Below are positions 21,006 through 45,578 of a stretch of DNA of 64,000 bases, piece after piece. The number at the start of each line of letters is the position of its first letter. The first letter of the stretch is position 1. The position numbers were made by a program, and so were the translations under genes. The notes under the pieces are model-generated. The model saw only the letters and a list, made by a program, of their open reading frames with translations. It was not told the DNA's origin and did no database searches. This stretch comes from the human T2T-CHM13v2.0 reference genome, Homo sapiens, in NCBI RefSeq assembly GCF_009914755.1, contig NC_060939.1; one strand, 5' to 3'.

Positions 21006-22073
21006 TAGCCAGGATGGTCTCGATCTCCACATCTCGTGATCCACCCGCCTCAGCCTCCCAAAGTGCTGGGATTACAGGCGTGAGCCACCACGCCCGGCCT
21101 TACAATATCTTAAAATATACACGAACTCATGACTATATGCCATGCATAGTTCATTGTTGGAGATGAAACCTTTTCATGCAAATTCTCAGCTCTCTATAAT
21201 TTGACCTGCCCCTGAGCAAGAGGGAATTATAAAAACACCGATAAACTTTATAATGGCTCTGCTGTATAGGTCCCACATCCTCTTATTATCATAGTTGCCT
21301 GATCACTGTAGCTCAAATGGTCATTCTCATTTTAAATTTCCTGCTTGTAATCTTTGCAAAGCACTTGGCAGGAAACGGATGATGCAGGGGTTTTCCATTG
21401 AGTGGAAGAAAGCATGAGGGAAAAACAAACAACAACAAAAAACCCCAATTATGACATGTATTTGAATGAATGTCCTGGGAAAGAGATTTGAGATTTGTTT
21501 ACTCTCAAACCAGACTTGAAAATAAGAATATCCGGGATTCTGGACTGTGATTTCAAAGGAAGTCACGACTTCCTTCTCCACAGCTGCCCTCGAGGAAGCT
21601 GGTATGTCCTGAGTATATCTTCTTTCACTGCGCTATCCAAGGGTAAAAAGCAAAATACCACAGTACCACGTCTGCCAAGCCAGAACGAGGTCCCTACCCT
21701 GACTCCCACCAAAAAACAGGTGCTGGATCTGACTTCCTGTATGGTTTAAGCCACATCCTTAGAGAGCAATTGAAATTGCATCATCTTTCACCTTGTTGAG
21801 GCATCTTTTCCTTTAATTAAAGGGCAAGAGACCATTAAAAGTGGCTCTCAAAATAACCTAGTGGTTTCATTGCATTCAGAATGTCGGACGTGAAGAACCA
21901 AGGAAGCGGATGTCCTTGGTGGGGGGCTGGAGGGGAGGAGGGCCAGCAGGGGCATGGGGCGGGGTGCAGAGGGGATAGTAATATCACTCTTTGCACTGTA
22001 ACTCTTTACTCAGTTACTCAATAGGAACAGCTGCCAAACTCACAGGAGCTTAAAAATCCAGACAATGGATTTA

Positions 22074-22733
<660 letters not shown>

Positions 22734-22962
22734 CTAATAAGGTAGTATTTGTTATATAATTTAAAAAACAGAAAAATTTGGAGCAAAACCCACAAAATTC
22801 TCAGAAGACGTAAGTGTTTTAATGTGAGAAAGGCCTATATCATTTTTTTCAACCTAAAAAGCAAAAGAGGACAAATAAAAATATATTTGGGTCAGTCTGC
22901 TTTATTTTCTGGGAAAAAAAAAGTTTTTCCATGAGTTTATTTATTTTTCTTTTCTCTGGTAA

Positions 22963-23088
<126 letters not shown>

Positions 23089-23251
23089 TGAGTAGCTGGG
23101 ACTACAGGCACCCGCCACCACGCCTGGCTAATTTTTTTTTGAATTTTTTAGTGGAGACGGGGTTTCACCGTGTTGGCCAGAATGGTCTCGATCTCCTGAC
23201 TTCGTGATCCGCCTGCCTCAGCCTCCCAAAGTGCTGGGATTACAGGCGTGA

Positions 23252-23540
<289 letters not shown>

Positions 23541-23549
23541 TAGTTGGTA

Positions 23550-25120
<1,571 letters not shown>

Positions 25121-25828
25121 GATATTGTCTTTTTCTTTTTTTATTAATTAATTAATTTGGTTTTTTGAGACAGAGTCTTGCTCTGTCACTCAGGGTAGAG
25201 TGGAGTGCAATAGTAGGATCATGGCTCACTGCAGCCTCCAACTACTGGGTGCAACTGATCCTCTTACCTCAGCCTCCTGAGTAGCTGGGACCACAGGCAT
25301 GTACCATTACACCTGGCTAATTTTTAAATCTTTTGTAGAGACAGGGTCGCCCTATGTTGTCCAGGCTGGTCTTGAACTCCTGGGCTCAAGCGACCCTTTT
25401 GACTCGCCTTCCCAAAGTGCTGAGTTTACAGGCATGAGCTGCCATGCCCAGCTTGTCTTTTTTCAATTTAGCCAGAATAGTGGACGTAGTATCACACTGT
25501 GTGTTCTTAAATTGTGGTAAAATATACATAATAAAACATTTACTATTTAGATTGTTTTAATTTTTTTTAAGAGACAGGATCTTGCTATGTTGCCCAGGCT
25601 AGCCTTGAACTTCTGGGTACCAGGAATCCTCCTATCTTAGCCTCCAGAGTAGCTGGGACTACAGAAGTATGATCCCCTCACACTGTGCCCAGCTTAAATC
25701 ATTTTTAAGTTTACAATTCAGTAGCATTAGGTACTTACACTGCGGTTTTAATTTGCATTTCCCCATAACTAAGGAATTTCAGCATCTTTTCATATATTTA
25801 TCGACTATTTGGATATCTTCCCTTGTGA

Positions 25829-26011
<183 letters not shown>

Positions 26012-26049
26012 TAATTTTTTTTGTTTGTTTGTTTTTGTTTTTGTTTTGA

Positions 26050-26211
<162 letters not shown>

Positions 26212-26582
26212 TAGTAGAGACGGGGTTTCACCATATTGCCCAGGCTGGTTTCCAACTCCTGACCTCAGGTGATCCGCCTGCCTTGTCCTCCCAAAGTGCT
26301 GGGATTACAGGTGTGAGCCACTGCGCCTGGCCAACTTTTTTGTAGAGACAGGGTTTCACCATGTTGGCCAGGATGGTCTCGAACTCCTGACCTCAAGTGA
26401 TCTGCCCTTCTGGGCCTCCACCAAGTGCTGGGATTACAGGCCTGAGCCACTGTGTCTGGCTTTGCCCATTTTTTTTGGTTTTTTAATTGGATTGTCTATC
26501 TCTTTTTGTGTTAATGCGTAGGGGTTCTTCATATATTCTGGATATGAGGTTTGTGGGTGTTTTTGGATATATGCATTATATG

Positions 26583-26748
26583 GGCCAGGTGCAGTGGTGC
26601 ATGTCCATAATCCCAGCTACTCAGGAGGCTGAGGTGAGAAGATCGCTTGAGGCCAGGAGTTTCAGGTGGCAGTGCACTATGATTGTGCTTGTGAATAGCT
26701 ACTACACTTTAGCCTGGGTAACACAGTAAGACCCCTCCTCTTAAAAAA
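26583..26748 (+). mobile_element. FAM (fossil Alu monomer)
   Basis: Monomer carrying the FAM-diagnostic segment GTGCACTATGATTGTGCTTGTGAATAGCTACTACAC. Confidence 0.75.
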
Positions 26749-26950
26749 TATATTCATTGCAAATGTCTTCTTTCTTTTTCACTCTGTTTTTGTTTATTTA
26801 TTTATTTAGAGACAAGGGTCTTGCTATGTGGCCCAGGTGGGTCTTGAACTCCTGAGCTCAAGCGATCTGCCCACCTCGGCCTCCCAAAGTGCTGAGATTA
26901 CAGGCATGAGCCACGACGCCCAGCCTAATGTTGTTTTTAATTGGAAAAGT

Positions 26951-26977
26951 TATATATATATATATATATATATATAT
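26951..26977. repeat. (TA)n microsatellite
   Basis: Read directly from the sequence. Confidence 0.95.
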
Positions 26978-27836
26978 TTCAAAAGCCCTTTAAAGAGATT
27001 GCAGCAGCTGGGCGCGGTGGCTTATACCTGTAATCCCAACACTTTGGGAGGCCAAGACTGGTGGATCACTTGAGGTCAGGAGTTTGAGACCAACCTGGCC
27101 AAAATGGTGAAACCCCGTCTCTACTAGTACCAAAGGCTGCAAAATGAAAAGGAAACTTAATCTGCCTCCAGGCTTCTCAGAGTTCCTCCCCGGAGACAAA
27201 CACTATTAACAATTGCTCTTTTGTGCTTACGGAAATTTTCTTTCATATAAAAGCACATATACAAATATATTCTTGTCCAGGTGTTCATGCCTGTAGTCCC
27301 AGCACTTTGGGAGGTTTAAGTGGGAGATCACTTGAGGCAAGGAGTTCAAGATCAACCTAGGCAACATACGGATACACTGTCTTTACAAAAAATAAAAAAA
27401 TTAGCCAGTCACAGCGGCGCACGCCTGTAGTCCTAGCTATTGGGGAGGCTAAGGCAAGAGGATCACTGATCCCAGGAGTTCAAGGTTAAAGTGATCTATG
27501 ATCCAGCCTTTGCACTGGAAATGGAGTGAGGCCTTGTCCCAAAACAAAACCAAAACCCACAAAACCAAATATATCCTTTTTTTTGTTTTTCTAACAAATA
27601 GTTACTACACAATGTTCTGCTCCATTTATTTTGTTTCACATCATACATTTTGAAGATCTTTCTATACCAGCATAAATATGTCTGCCTCATTCTTTGGAAT
27701 GACCGTACTGTATAGTACTTCTTTGTATAAATGTGTCATGATTTATTTGTATGTCATAATTTACTCTCCTTTTGACAGACAGATTCCAGTTTCTTTTTTT
27801 CTGTTTTAAATAATGCTGCAGTAATCATGTATGTAG

Positions 27837-28001
<165 letters not shown>

Positions 28002-28450
28002 TGAGTAGATGGGATTACAGGCGTCTACCACCAAGCCTGGCTAATTTTTTGTATTTTTAGTAGAGATGAGGTTTCATCATGTTGGCCAGGCTGTCTTGAA
28101 CTCCTGACCTCAAGTGACCCCCCCACTCTGGCCTCCCAAAGTGCTGGGATTACAGGCATGAGCCACCGTGCCCAGCCCCAGGTCTGATAATTTCTAAGGA
28201 AAAATTATGCAATGCTGGGTCAGTATTGGGACTTTAAACAGTTATTGCCAAAATGCCCTTTAAAGAGATTGCAGCAGCTGGGCACGGTGGCTTACGCCTG
28301 TAATCCCAACACTTTGGGAGGCCAAGACTGGTGGATCACTTGAGGTCAGGAGTTTGAGACCAACCTGGCCAAAATGGTGAAACCCCATCTCTACTAACAT
28401 ACAAAAATTAGCCAGGCATGGTGGTGGGCACCTGTAATACCAGTTACTCA

Positions 28451-28636
<186 letters not shown>

Positions 28637-28836
28637 TCAATAATATTGATAAGTGAAAGGTGATCTCTCATAATTTGCATTTCTCTAAGCGAGTAGAATT
28701 TTGAAAGCCATTTGTATGACTTTATCTGTGAACTACCTATATTGATGTATTAATACTTTCCTTATGTTTCTATTGGATGAATGATGATCTTCTTTTAATT
28801 TGTAATTGCTCTTTTTCTTTTATTTTTATTTTTTGA

Positions 28837-28938
<102 letters not shown>

Positions 28939-29044
28939 TGAGCAGCTGGGACTACAGGCGCGTGCCACCACGCCCAACTAATTTTTGTATTTTTAGTAGA
29001 GATGGGGTTTCACCATATTGGCCAGGCTGGTCTCGAACTCCTGA

Positions 29045-29314
<270 letters not shown>

Positions 29315-30672
29315 TGAGACGGAGTCTCGCTCTGTTGCCCCAGCAGGAGTGCAATTGCACGATTTGGCTCACTGCAACCTCTGTCTCCTGGGTTCAAGCA
29401 ATTCTCTTGCCTCAGTCTCCCAAGTAGCTGGGATTACAGGTGCACACCACCATGCCCAGCTAATTTTTTTTTTTTAAACAAAGTCTCACTCAGTCACCCA
29501 GGCTGGAGTGCAGTGGTGTGATAGCTCACCACAACCTCTGCCTCCCAGGTTCAAGTAATTCTCCTGCCTCAGCCTCCTGAGTAGCTGGGATTACAGGTGT
29601 ATGCAACCATGTCCGGCTAATTTTTGTATTTTTAGTAGAGACAGGGTTTCACTGTGTTGGCCAGGGTGGTCTTGAACTCCTGACCTCGTGATCCGCCCAC
29701 CTAGGCTTCCCAAAGTGCTGGGATTATAGGCGTGAGCCACCGCACCCGGCCAAATTTTTGTATTTTTAGTAGAGACGGGGTTTCACCATGTTGGCCAGGC
29801 TTGTCTCCATCTCCTGACCTCGTGATCTGCCTTCCTTGGCCTCCCAAAGTGCTGGGATTACAGGTGTGAGCCACCGCGCCCAGCCGATTGCTCTTAATTA
29901 TATTAAAGAAATTAGACTTTTATTATATTGCAGATATTGTAAATGTTTATTTTCTCAGCTTACCATTTGTGTACTTATATCTCTGTACAAGGTGTTTTTT
30001 CTCCATGGAGAAATGTTAAATCTTTGTGAGGTTAATTTTATTAATCTTTGCCTTTATGGTTTTGACAGTTTGTGTCTTTCTTCAAATGTTTTTCTCATTC
30101 CAAAATAAAAAAAAAAATTTCCCATGATCTTATCTAGCTTCTCTAGCAGTACTTGTATGATTTCACCTTTCTTTCTTTATTCTTTTCTTCCATATTTTTT
30201 TTTTTGAGACAGGGTCTCACTCTATTGTCCAGGCTAGAGTGCAGTAGTTTGATCATGACTCACTCTAACCTGGACCTCCGGGGCCTAAGTAATCTTCCCA
30301 CCTCAGCCTCTCAAGTAGCTGGGACTACAGGGATGTACCACCATGCCTGGCTAAGTTTATCTTTTGTTAATTTTATTAAAAATATTTTCTTAAGAAATGG
30401 GGGTCTCACTATGTTGACTAGGCTGGTCTTAAACTCCTGGCCTCAGGCAATTCTCTCGTCTTGGTCTCCCAAAGTGTTAGGTTACAGGCATGAGCCGCCG
30501 TGCACAAAGTTTTTTTTTTTGTAGAGATGGAGTCTTCCCATATTGCTCAGGCTGGTCTCAAACTCCTGGCGTTAAGCAATTGTCCCGCCTCTGCCTCCCA
30601 AAATGCTGGAATCACAGGCATGAGCCACTGTGCCTGGCCTTGATTGCATCTTTGATGCACCTGGAATTTATT

Positions 30673-31632
<960 letters not shown>

Positions 31633-31983
31633 TAGTAGAGACGGTGGTGTTTCACCGTGTTAGCCAGGATGGTTTCGATCTCCTGACCTCGTGATCCACC
31701 CCACCTCGGCCTCCCAAAGTGCTGGGATTACAGGCGTGAGCCACTGCGCCCGGCCCCTACACCTTCATTTCTTTTTCAAATGGCCAGGTAGTTGTCCCTG
31801 TTTCCTTAACTAAATACTCCATGACATTGAAAGTCCTGGCCATTTCCCAGATACCTATTATGTTCTATTGGTTTTTACCAAAAATAGTTGTGTCCAGTGC
31901 TATCTCACTCTACTTTCATTTGCCTTTGGGTGTTGATATAGACGTTACGTTTTTTCTGTTTATGACAAAACAATAGAGATCTG

Positions 31984-33525
<1,542 letters not shown>

Positions 33526-33569
33526 TTATTCTTCTAGCAGATTATGTTTACATGATGAAAACCTATCAC

Positions 33570-33770
33570 CATCACCATTTATTTAGCTCCTGTATGTTAG
33601 GCACTATTCTTTCAAAGTTTCATTTAATGCTCATAACTATTTAGTGCAGTAGTAGACAGTATAATTCTCATTTTATAGGTAAATTAACTGATGCTCAGAG
33701 AGGGTAAGTAATCAGCCAAGGGCAGAACTGGAATTAATCTCAGGTCTTTCTCTCTCAAGTTGATGCTTTT
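33570..33770 (-). mobile_element. MIR
   Basis: MIR core CTCATTTTATAGGTAAATTAACTGATGCTCAGAGAGGGTAAGTAA. Confidence 0.7.
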
Positions 33771-33874
33771 TTGTTTTGTTTGATTTTGAACCTAAGATAT
33801 AGAGGTCTGAGTTAAATGTACTCCTCAATTCTTGATATGTTTTCATCACTGGTTGTCCTTGTATTTCTTCTGTT

Positions 33875-37753
<3,879 letters not shown>

Positions 37754-38100
37754 AGTTCCCAAGTCTAAAAAAAAAAAAATCATCAATCTGCTCTCAAAAA
37801 CTGTCGCAACAATTTACAATCTCATCAGCACTGAGTATCCATTTCCTTGCACCCTTCTCAGTAGTATTACCATTAAACAAACAAAATTTATATGCGTCAG
37901 TTTGTTGGGCTCAAAGGAGCCTCTCGACAAGTTTCCTATTCCCCACGCTGCCTCTCCTCTGGACACAGGAAGGGGTCCTTTTCCTTATTTATTTTGTTAT
38001 TTCATTTTCGTCAACACGGCTCGGCTTGGGGACAGGGGTCGGGGGCAGGCCGGTTACCGCAGAGGTGGAGGCCGCGCGGCACCTGGCCTGGAGAGCTCAC

Positions 38101-38200
38101 CACACAGCGACACAGACTTCTTCTCAGCTGGGTCCACCTGCTTGCCTCGGGGCGACAGAGGGCGCCACGGCGTCCGCGACGGACCCCGCCCCCAGGCAGT
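38101..38200 (-). other. Candidate divergent non-coding first exon (distal TIPIN-oriented transcript); 5' end approximate
   Basis: Donor GTGTG|GTGAGC at 38101/38100 and a second donor GCG|GTAACC at 38058/38057, both on the minus strand at the left edge of the CpG island. Confidence 0.55.
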
Positions 38201-38362
38201 GCGCCGCGCTCCCGTGACGTATTTCCGCGTCATCTGCCGCCGAGGCTTGCCCCCATTGGTTGTCTGCGAGGCAATAGGGGCGGAGCCGAGTGGGAGTGTG
38301 GAAAGCGCCGCATCCCGGGTGGGAGGCGAGGCTTCCCCTTCCCCGCCCCTCCCCCGGCCTCC

Positions 38363-38879
<517 letters not shown>

Positions 38880-40377
38880 TAAGTATGGGGCGGGCGGTGA
38901 ACCTCGGGGCCCGGCTGGGGAGGCCCGAGCCGGGGAGCAGGAGCGCGCGCCAGGCTCCGATCTGGTTTGTCACGTACGTCTGGGGCTGGCAGGGGGCGAG
39001 AAACTCCCGGCCGCCGAGGTATCGGTGACTAAGCACTGATTGTGTTCCTGACTCAGACCAGTTAGCGGATCCCGCGGGTCTCCATTCCTCTCTGTACCCC
39101 TTTTCCCGACCGTTTTAGTGGTTCCTGGCCACTGTACAGTCTTCTCCCAAGAAAATAAAAGCTAGCACGTCTCCCCTGCCTCCTCCCAGTTCTGTTCTAA
39201 ATGTGATCATCTGGGAGTCTGGCCTGTAACGGGGAGAGGAGGCTAATGTTTTGGAAAGAATTAAGATCGCATCTGTGCTTTTGAGACCAGCTCAGGGTAT
39301 TAAGTGTGGAGCATCATCCTCACCTTCATGCCTGACACCTGTGGGGCCTGAGTGCCTTGTTGCAGGCCAACTGCCTGGCCAGCGGGGGCGTGCTGGAAGT
39401 CCGTGTGGACTTCGTGGCTTTTCCTTGCTGACTTTGGAGGTTCCTGGTACTTGGCCTTCCTGGGAAATTGCTCAAGAAAGCGGCTTTCTTCTTCATCCTA
39501 CTCTTCATTCATTCATTGAACAAACCATTTTCTCACTAATGATTTCCTAGCTTTCCGTACTTCACCAGGAGCCCCTAAACTCCTGACCTGAGGCATGAAC
39601 ACCATGACCTAGAAACCACATGCTAGGTGCTCCATCTCTGCAGCTTCCAGCGTTGCTTACAAACGAGCACTTTATTTCATTAAATAATCATGAGTCTGTT
39701 TCCTGGGGGTTTCTGAGCTCCCACAACTCTCTTGGGTTCTAGGTAAGGGACAAGACTATGTGAGGGAAAGCTGCTTAGCTAGCTAGAGAAATAGCCAGAA
39801 AAGATTAGGTTATTATTATTTTTTTGCCTTTTTTTGGTTGTTGTTTGCCCAACCTTCAATAAGGATTGGGTTCTTAATCTTTTACCTGCACACTGCAGAC
39901 TTTAGGAAGCTAATTGATGAAATCAGAATAGGCTTGGACCTTATGCTCTTTGGTGATTTCTGTAACCTCCCTTCCTTTCTCTAGATTTTTAGAAAATTTT
40001 ATTTTTTAAACTTTTATACAGATGGGGTCTTGCTATATTGCTTAGGCTGGTCTTGAACTCCTGGACTCTAGCGATCCTCCCAAAGTGCTGGGATTACAGG
40101 CATGAGCCACTATGCCCAGCCAACTTTCTCTAGATTTTAATAACCCGGGGACCTGTTGGCTTGATGACTTGTTCCATCCCTGTAATGATCACAAGGTCGA
40201 TGGTGGACCTGTGGTGTGTGTTCAGCTGTGTTTTTCAGACCTGCTCCCAACAGACTCTCTTCTTTAGTCCCCTCTCAATCCTGTGGGGTCTATTTTGCAT
40301 AATACTGACTTGTATAGGTAGTTGGATTGCATTATTGCATTGCAAACATTTGTTCTTTTTTTTTTTTTTTTTTTTGA

Positions 40378-40536
<159 letters not shown>

Positions 40537-42724
40537 TAGTAGAGATGGGGTTTCTCCAAGTTGTTCAGGCTGGTGGCAAACTCCCGTCCTCAGGTGATCC
40601 ACCTGCCTCGGCCTCCGAAAATGCTGGGATTACAGGCATGAGCCACCGTGCCCAGCCCATTTGTTCAGTTTTAGTATACAGTGTTTCACCCTCTTAAAAT
40701 AGACTGAAAGTCATGACTGTTGTTAGGACAAGTTTTGACCACAGTGGATTCTGGCTGAGTGTTATGGCCTCATTATCCTTTCCTATTTGATTTGGAAGTG
40801 GATACTGAGTAGAAGTACCTGTTATCATTCTGTTGTAATCGTGATACCACAACTGTATTCTCTCAAGGAGGAGGAATTTCATTAAAACAGTAAAAGCAGG
40901 ATGAGAAGAAACTACCCCAGATTTGGTGGCAGAAAAATTTGGATGGTACTGGGAGAGTCTAAACAGTGGTTAAAAGGTAAGGGCTCTGGAGTCAGGCTAA
41001 GTTTGAAGCCTAGCTCTGTTGTGGTTTTTTTTTTTTTTTTTTTTTTTGACAGTCTCGCTCTGTTGCCCAGGCCAGAGTGCAGTGGTGCGATCTCGGCTCA
41101 CCACAACCTCCACCTCCCGGCTTCAAGCGATTCTCCTGCCTCAGCCTCCTAACTAGCTGAGACTACAGGCACGTGCAACCGTGCCTGGCTAATTTTTGTA
41201 TTTTAATAGAGACAGGGTTTTACCCTGTTGGTCAGGCTGGTCTCAAACTCCTGACCTCGTGATCCTCCCACCTCAGCCTCCTAAAGTGCTGGGATTACAG
41301 CCCGGCCTCTGTTGTGGTTTTGTGACCTGGTTCAAGTCTTTTAGTCTAAGGCTTAGGTTTAGTTTTTTTCATCTGCAAAAATGGGGCTAATGATAGAACC
41401 TACTTAGCATAGTTGTGAAGATTAAATGAGGTAGTACATAGTAAACTTCCAAAGCTGTTGGCTGCTGGTGCCTTTGTTACTGCCTAAGTGTTGGACCAAA
41501 GGAAACTGGAAGGTGATTTTCATTCATGGTGGTAGATTATGTGTTAAGGTGCCTTTGCTTCTGGACAATCAACTCTCCCTAGTTTGGTTTTTTGTACCAT
41601 CTGCATCTACCTCTATGACTCATTGCTGTGTTACAATAGGAGGCATCTTTGTGTAGGCTGCCCAAGACAAACAGGGACTGTTTCCCTGTGTTTCATAGCA
41701 CTAATGAGAGGGAAAGCTGTACACATCTTCATCTTTCACTTCTGAGAGTGTTCCTCAAGCAAAATGTTCCCTATCTTGGGCTACCAGCAGAAAGAATTCT
41801 GTTGCTTTCATGATTTCTGTGATTAGACCAGGGCACAATTTTGAACGTTATCAGACAATGTGAACTAAAGAGGAAGAAAATCCATTTTGACAGTAAAGAA
41901 CTCTTGGTACCAAATTGGCAAGGTTGCTTTTCCCTTGGCACCTGTGCTTACCTCTAACATAGCCCTTACCCAGTTCAGAGATGGAGTTGGGTAATACGGG
42001 ACCTGAAGTTGATGCAAGTTGTAGGGGTCCTCAAAGAAAAATCATGCAAAAATAGCTTTCTTTTGTGTATTTTGCAGAAACATGTGAGCATATTACTAGG
42101 GTCTTAAGTGTTAGAATGAGATAATGAGATAATATTGTTCCTCTGTTTAAAATGTTCTTCTGGTTCTATTGCAGTTACACAAAATCCAAACTCCTTATAT
42201 TGGACTATGAGACTGAGTGATCTGCCTGTTGTCCCCACCACCCCCTCCCACCAATCTCTTTAACCACATTTCCTGCCACTCCTTTCTTCCACCACACTAG
42301 TCCTCTTTCACTTCCTCTATGGGATGGTCTATACGCACTGCAGGCCTCTGTACATGCTGTTCCCTTTGCCTGGAATGAATCACTCCTCCTTCCCTAGGTA
42401 GGCAGGAAGCAGTCTTCACCTATTTGCCTAAATGTCACTTCCTCTGAGATGTTTATAAGCATCTCAGAGGAATGTGGTCCCTCTTTGTCATGTCACCTGA
42501 GCTGCTGCTTTTTTTTTTTTTTTGGTATGGGGGTCTTGGTATGTTGCCCAGGCTGGTTCTTGAACTCCTGGACTCCAGTGATTCTACCACCTCAGCCTCT
42601 TGAGTAGCTGGGACTATAGGTGGGTACTACTGTGCCTGGCGCTCACCTGAGCTTTTAATAAGACTTAATCATTGTAATTTTTCATTGGGGTGTTCTTAAT
42701 ATTTATCTCTCCTGTACACTATAA

Positions 42725-42943
<219 letters not shown>

Positions 42944-43377
42944 TAGCCAGGATGGTCTCGATCTCCTGATCTCGTGATCCCAAAGTGCTGGGATTACAGG
43001 CGTGAGCCACTGTGCCCAGCCTGCACTGCCTTTTTTTGACTCACCACTCTGTAAGTACACCCAAAATAGTTCTGGCACATAATAGGTCCATAGATGTTTG
43101 TTGAGTCAGTGAGTGAATGAAATTTCTAATATTTGCACAACGGGTTTAATAAACCTTTTTATGTCTTTTCCTTTTCTTTTCCCCTTTATGCTCATTCCTT
43201 TTTTCCCCATTTTCTTTTGTTTTAGTCACCCACTCAACCATTCTAAGATATTTATATGGTTTTATAATTCCACCTGTTAGTCTGGTTATGTGTATACCCT
43301 TGGGAAGTAGAAGGATGGTTTTGTATGTATCTGCTTAGGATTCTAAAATGTTATTGTGCTACAAATCTGCATTTCAT

Positions 43378-43690
43378 AGACAGGATAGAATAGGTTATGT
43401 TGAGGTAACAACCACAAAATCTCAGTAATTTAACACACTTTCAGGTCAGTGGGAGGCTCTGTAGATTGGAGTCCTTTAGGGATCCAGGCTGATCGAGGCA
43501 TCGTCTCTCAAGTATACCTACATGAGGAGGGAATCTTGTGAAGAGCTACATTCAGGCTCTTAAAGTTTTGCCTAGAGGTGAGCCTTGTCATTTTTGCTGC
43601 CATTTCTTTGGCCAGAGCAAATCATGTGGCCATGTTGACCTTCAAGGAGGGCAGTGACCTTTTTGGAAGGGGGAGAACCACGAATATTTG
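43378..43690. mobile_element. MaLR LTR (MLT1K/J-like)
   Basis: AGGTTATGTTGAGGTAACAACCACAAAATCTCAGTAATTTAAC...GGATCCAGGCTGA...TTGGCCAGAGCAAATCATGTGGCCA. Confidence 0.65.
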
Positions 43691-43702
43691 TGTGTTTTTT
43701 TT

Positions 43703-43737
<35 letters not shown>

Positions 43738-43947
43738 AAGGGTTTCGCTCCCACTGCCCAGGCTGGAGTATAATGGTGCGTGCCACCACGCCCTGCTAAG
43801 TTTTGATTGTTTTGTAGAGATGGGGTTTCACCATGTTGCTCAGGCTGGTCTTGAACTCTTGGGCTCAAGCGATCTGCCCACCTCATCCTCCCAAAGTGCT
43901 GAAATTATAGGTATGAGCCACTGTGCTGGTGCACCAGGAGTATTTGA

Positions 43948-44307
<360 letters not shown>

Positions 44308-45099
44308 TAGTTTCTTTTTTTAACCAATTTTGTTTTGAGCTCTATTCATGATGCTATACAATATGTGTCTAGTTCATTATTTCTCTTGGTTGTAGAGCAG
44401 TCATGTTTGCCTGCCACATTTTACTTATTTATTTCTCTAGAATTAGACATCTTTGTTGTTTCCCAACCCCTTGCTGCCTCAAACAGTCATGACCATGCCC
44501 ATCCTTGCACATCCTTGTCTCCTTTGGATGTTGTGAGAGAGTTTCCTGTGGAATGTACTCAGAAGTGGAATTGCTGGGTCTTAGGGTACATTGTCTCTCC
44601 TTCCAGGATAAGGCATGTTATCTCTTTCTCTCTCTCTTTTTTTTTTTTTGAGACCGAGTCTCACTCTGTTGCCCAGGCTGGAGTGCAGTGTTGCAATCCT
44701 GGCTCACTGCAACCCCTCCCCACAAGGTTCAAGCAATTCTCCTGCCTTAGCCTCCTGAGTAGCTGGGATTACAGGTGCCTGACACCATGCCCAGCTAATT
44801 TTTATATTTTTAGTAGAGACAGGGTTTCATTATATTGCTCAGGCTGGTCTCCAAGTCCTGACCTTGTGATCTGCCCTCCTTGGCCTCCCAAAGTGCTGGG
44901 ATTACAGGTGTGAACCACCGCACCGGCTATTAATCTCTTTCTTTAAAACAATACCGTTAATCCAGTTGCAGTAGTGAGGCAGGGTACCTCTCAAGATCTC
45001 ACTTTTTCTTTGACCTTGGGCAAGTCCTTTCTACTTTCTGACTCTTGGTTTCCTTAATCTGTAAAGTGGAGGTGATAATTGTTTACAAAATCTTTACCA

Positions 45100-45578
45100 T
45101 GGTGGCCTACAAGGCCCTACCTGACCAGGTCCTTAGTTTTCTTCCAGTGTTCTCTTCACTCATGCACTCTAGCCACACTGTCCTTTGTGCTGTTGGGTTG
45201 TAGGTTGGGCACATTCTTATCTTAGAATCTTTGCATTTGCCATTCCTGCTGCCTGGAAAGCTTGTCTCTCAAATACCGTATGACTTGCTTCCTCACTTCC
45301 TTCACCCCTCTGTTGAAATGTCTCTTCACAGAGGCCATCTTTGATCACTGTAATACAGAACTCCCTGTCATTTTCTACCCTTTGATTTTGCCTTATTTTT
45401 CTTTGTAGCGCTGATCACTAACTGATGTTACATCGTGTATAAGTATTTATCTTCTTCTGCCACCCCAAGTGTAAGCTTCATGATGGTTGGGGCTTTGCCT
45501 TGTTCATTGCTCAGTGTGTAGAACAGATTCTGGCACATAGAAAATACTCAGTAGATACCTGTTGATTAAATGATTGAC
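45100..45578 (+). mobile_element. L2a 3' end inserted in a MIR
   Basis: CTACAAGGCCCTACCTGA...TTTGCATTTGCCATTCCTGCTGCCTGGAA...TGGCACATAG...CTCAGTAGATACCTGTTGATTAAATGA. Confidence 0.7.

Noticed and set aside
26583-26748. 7SL RNA gene or pseudogene
   Set aside because: Lacks the 7SL S domain; matches the FAM monomer.
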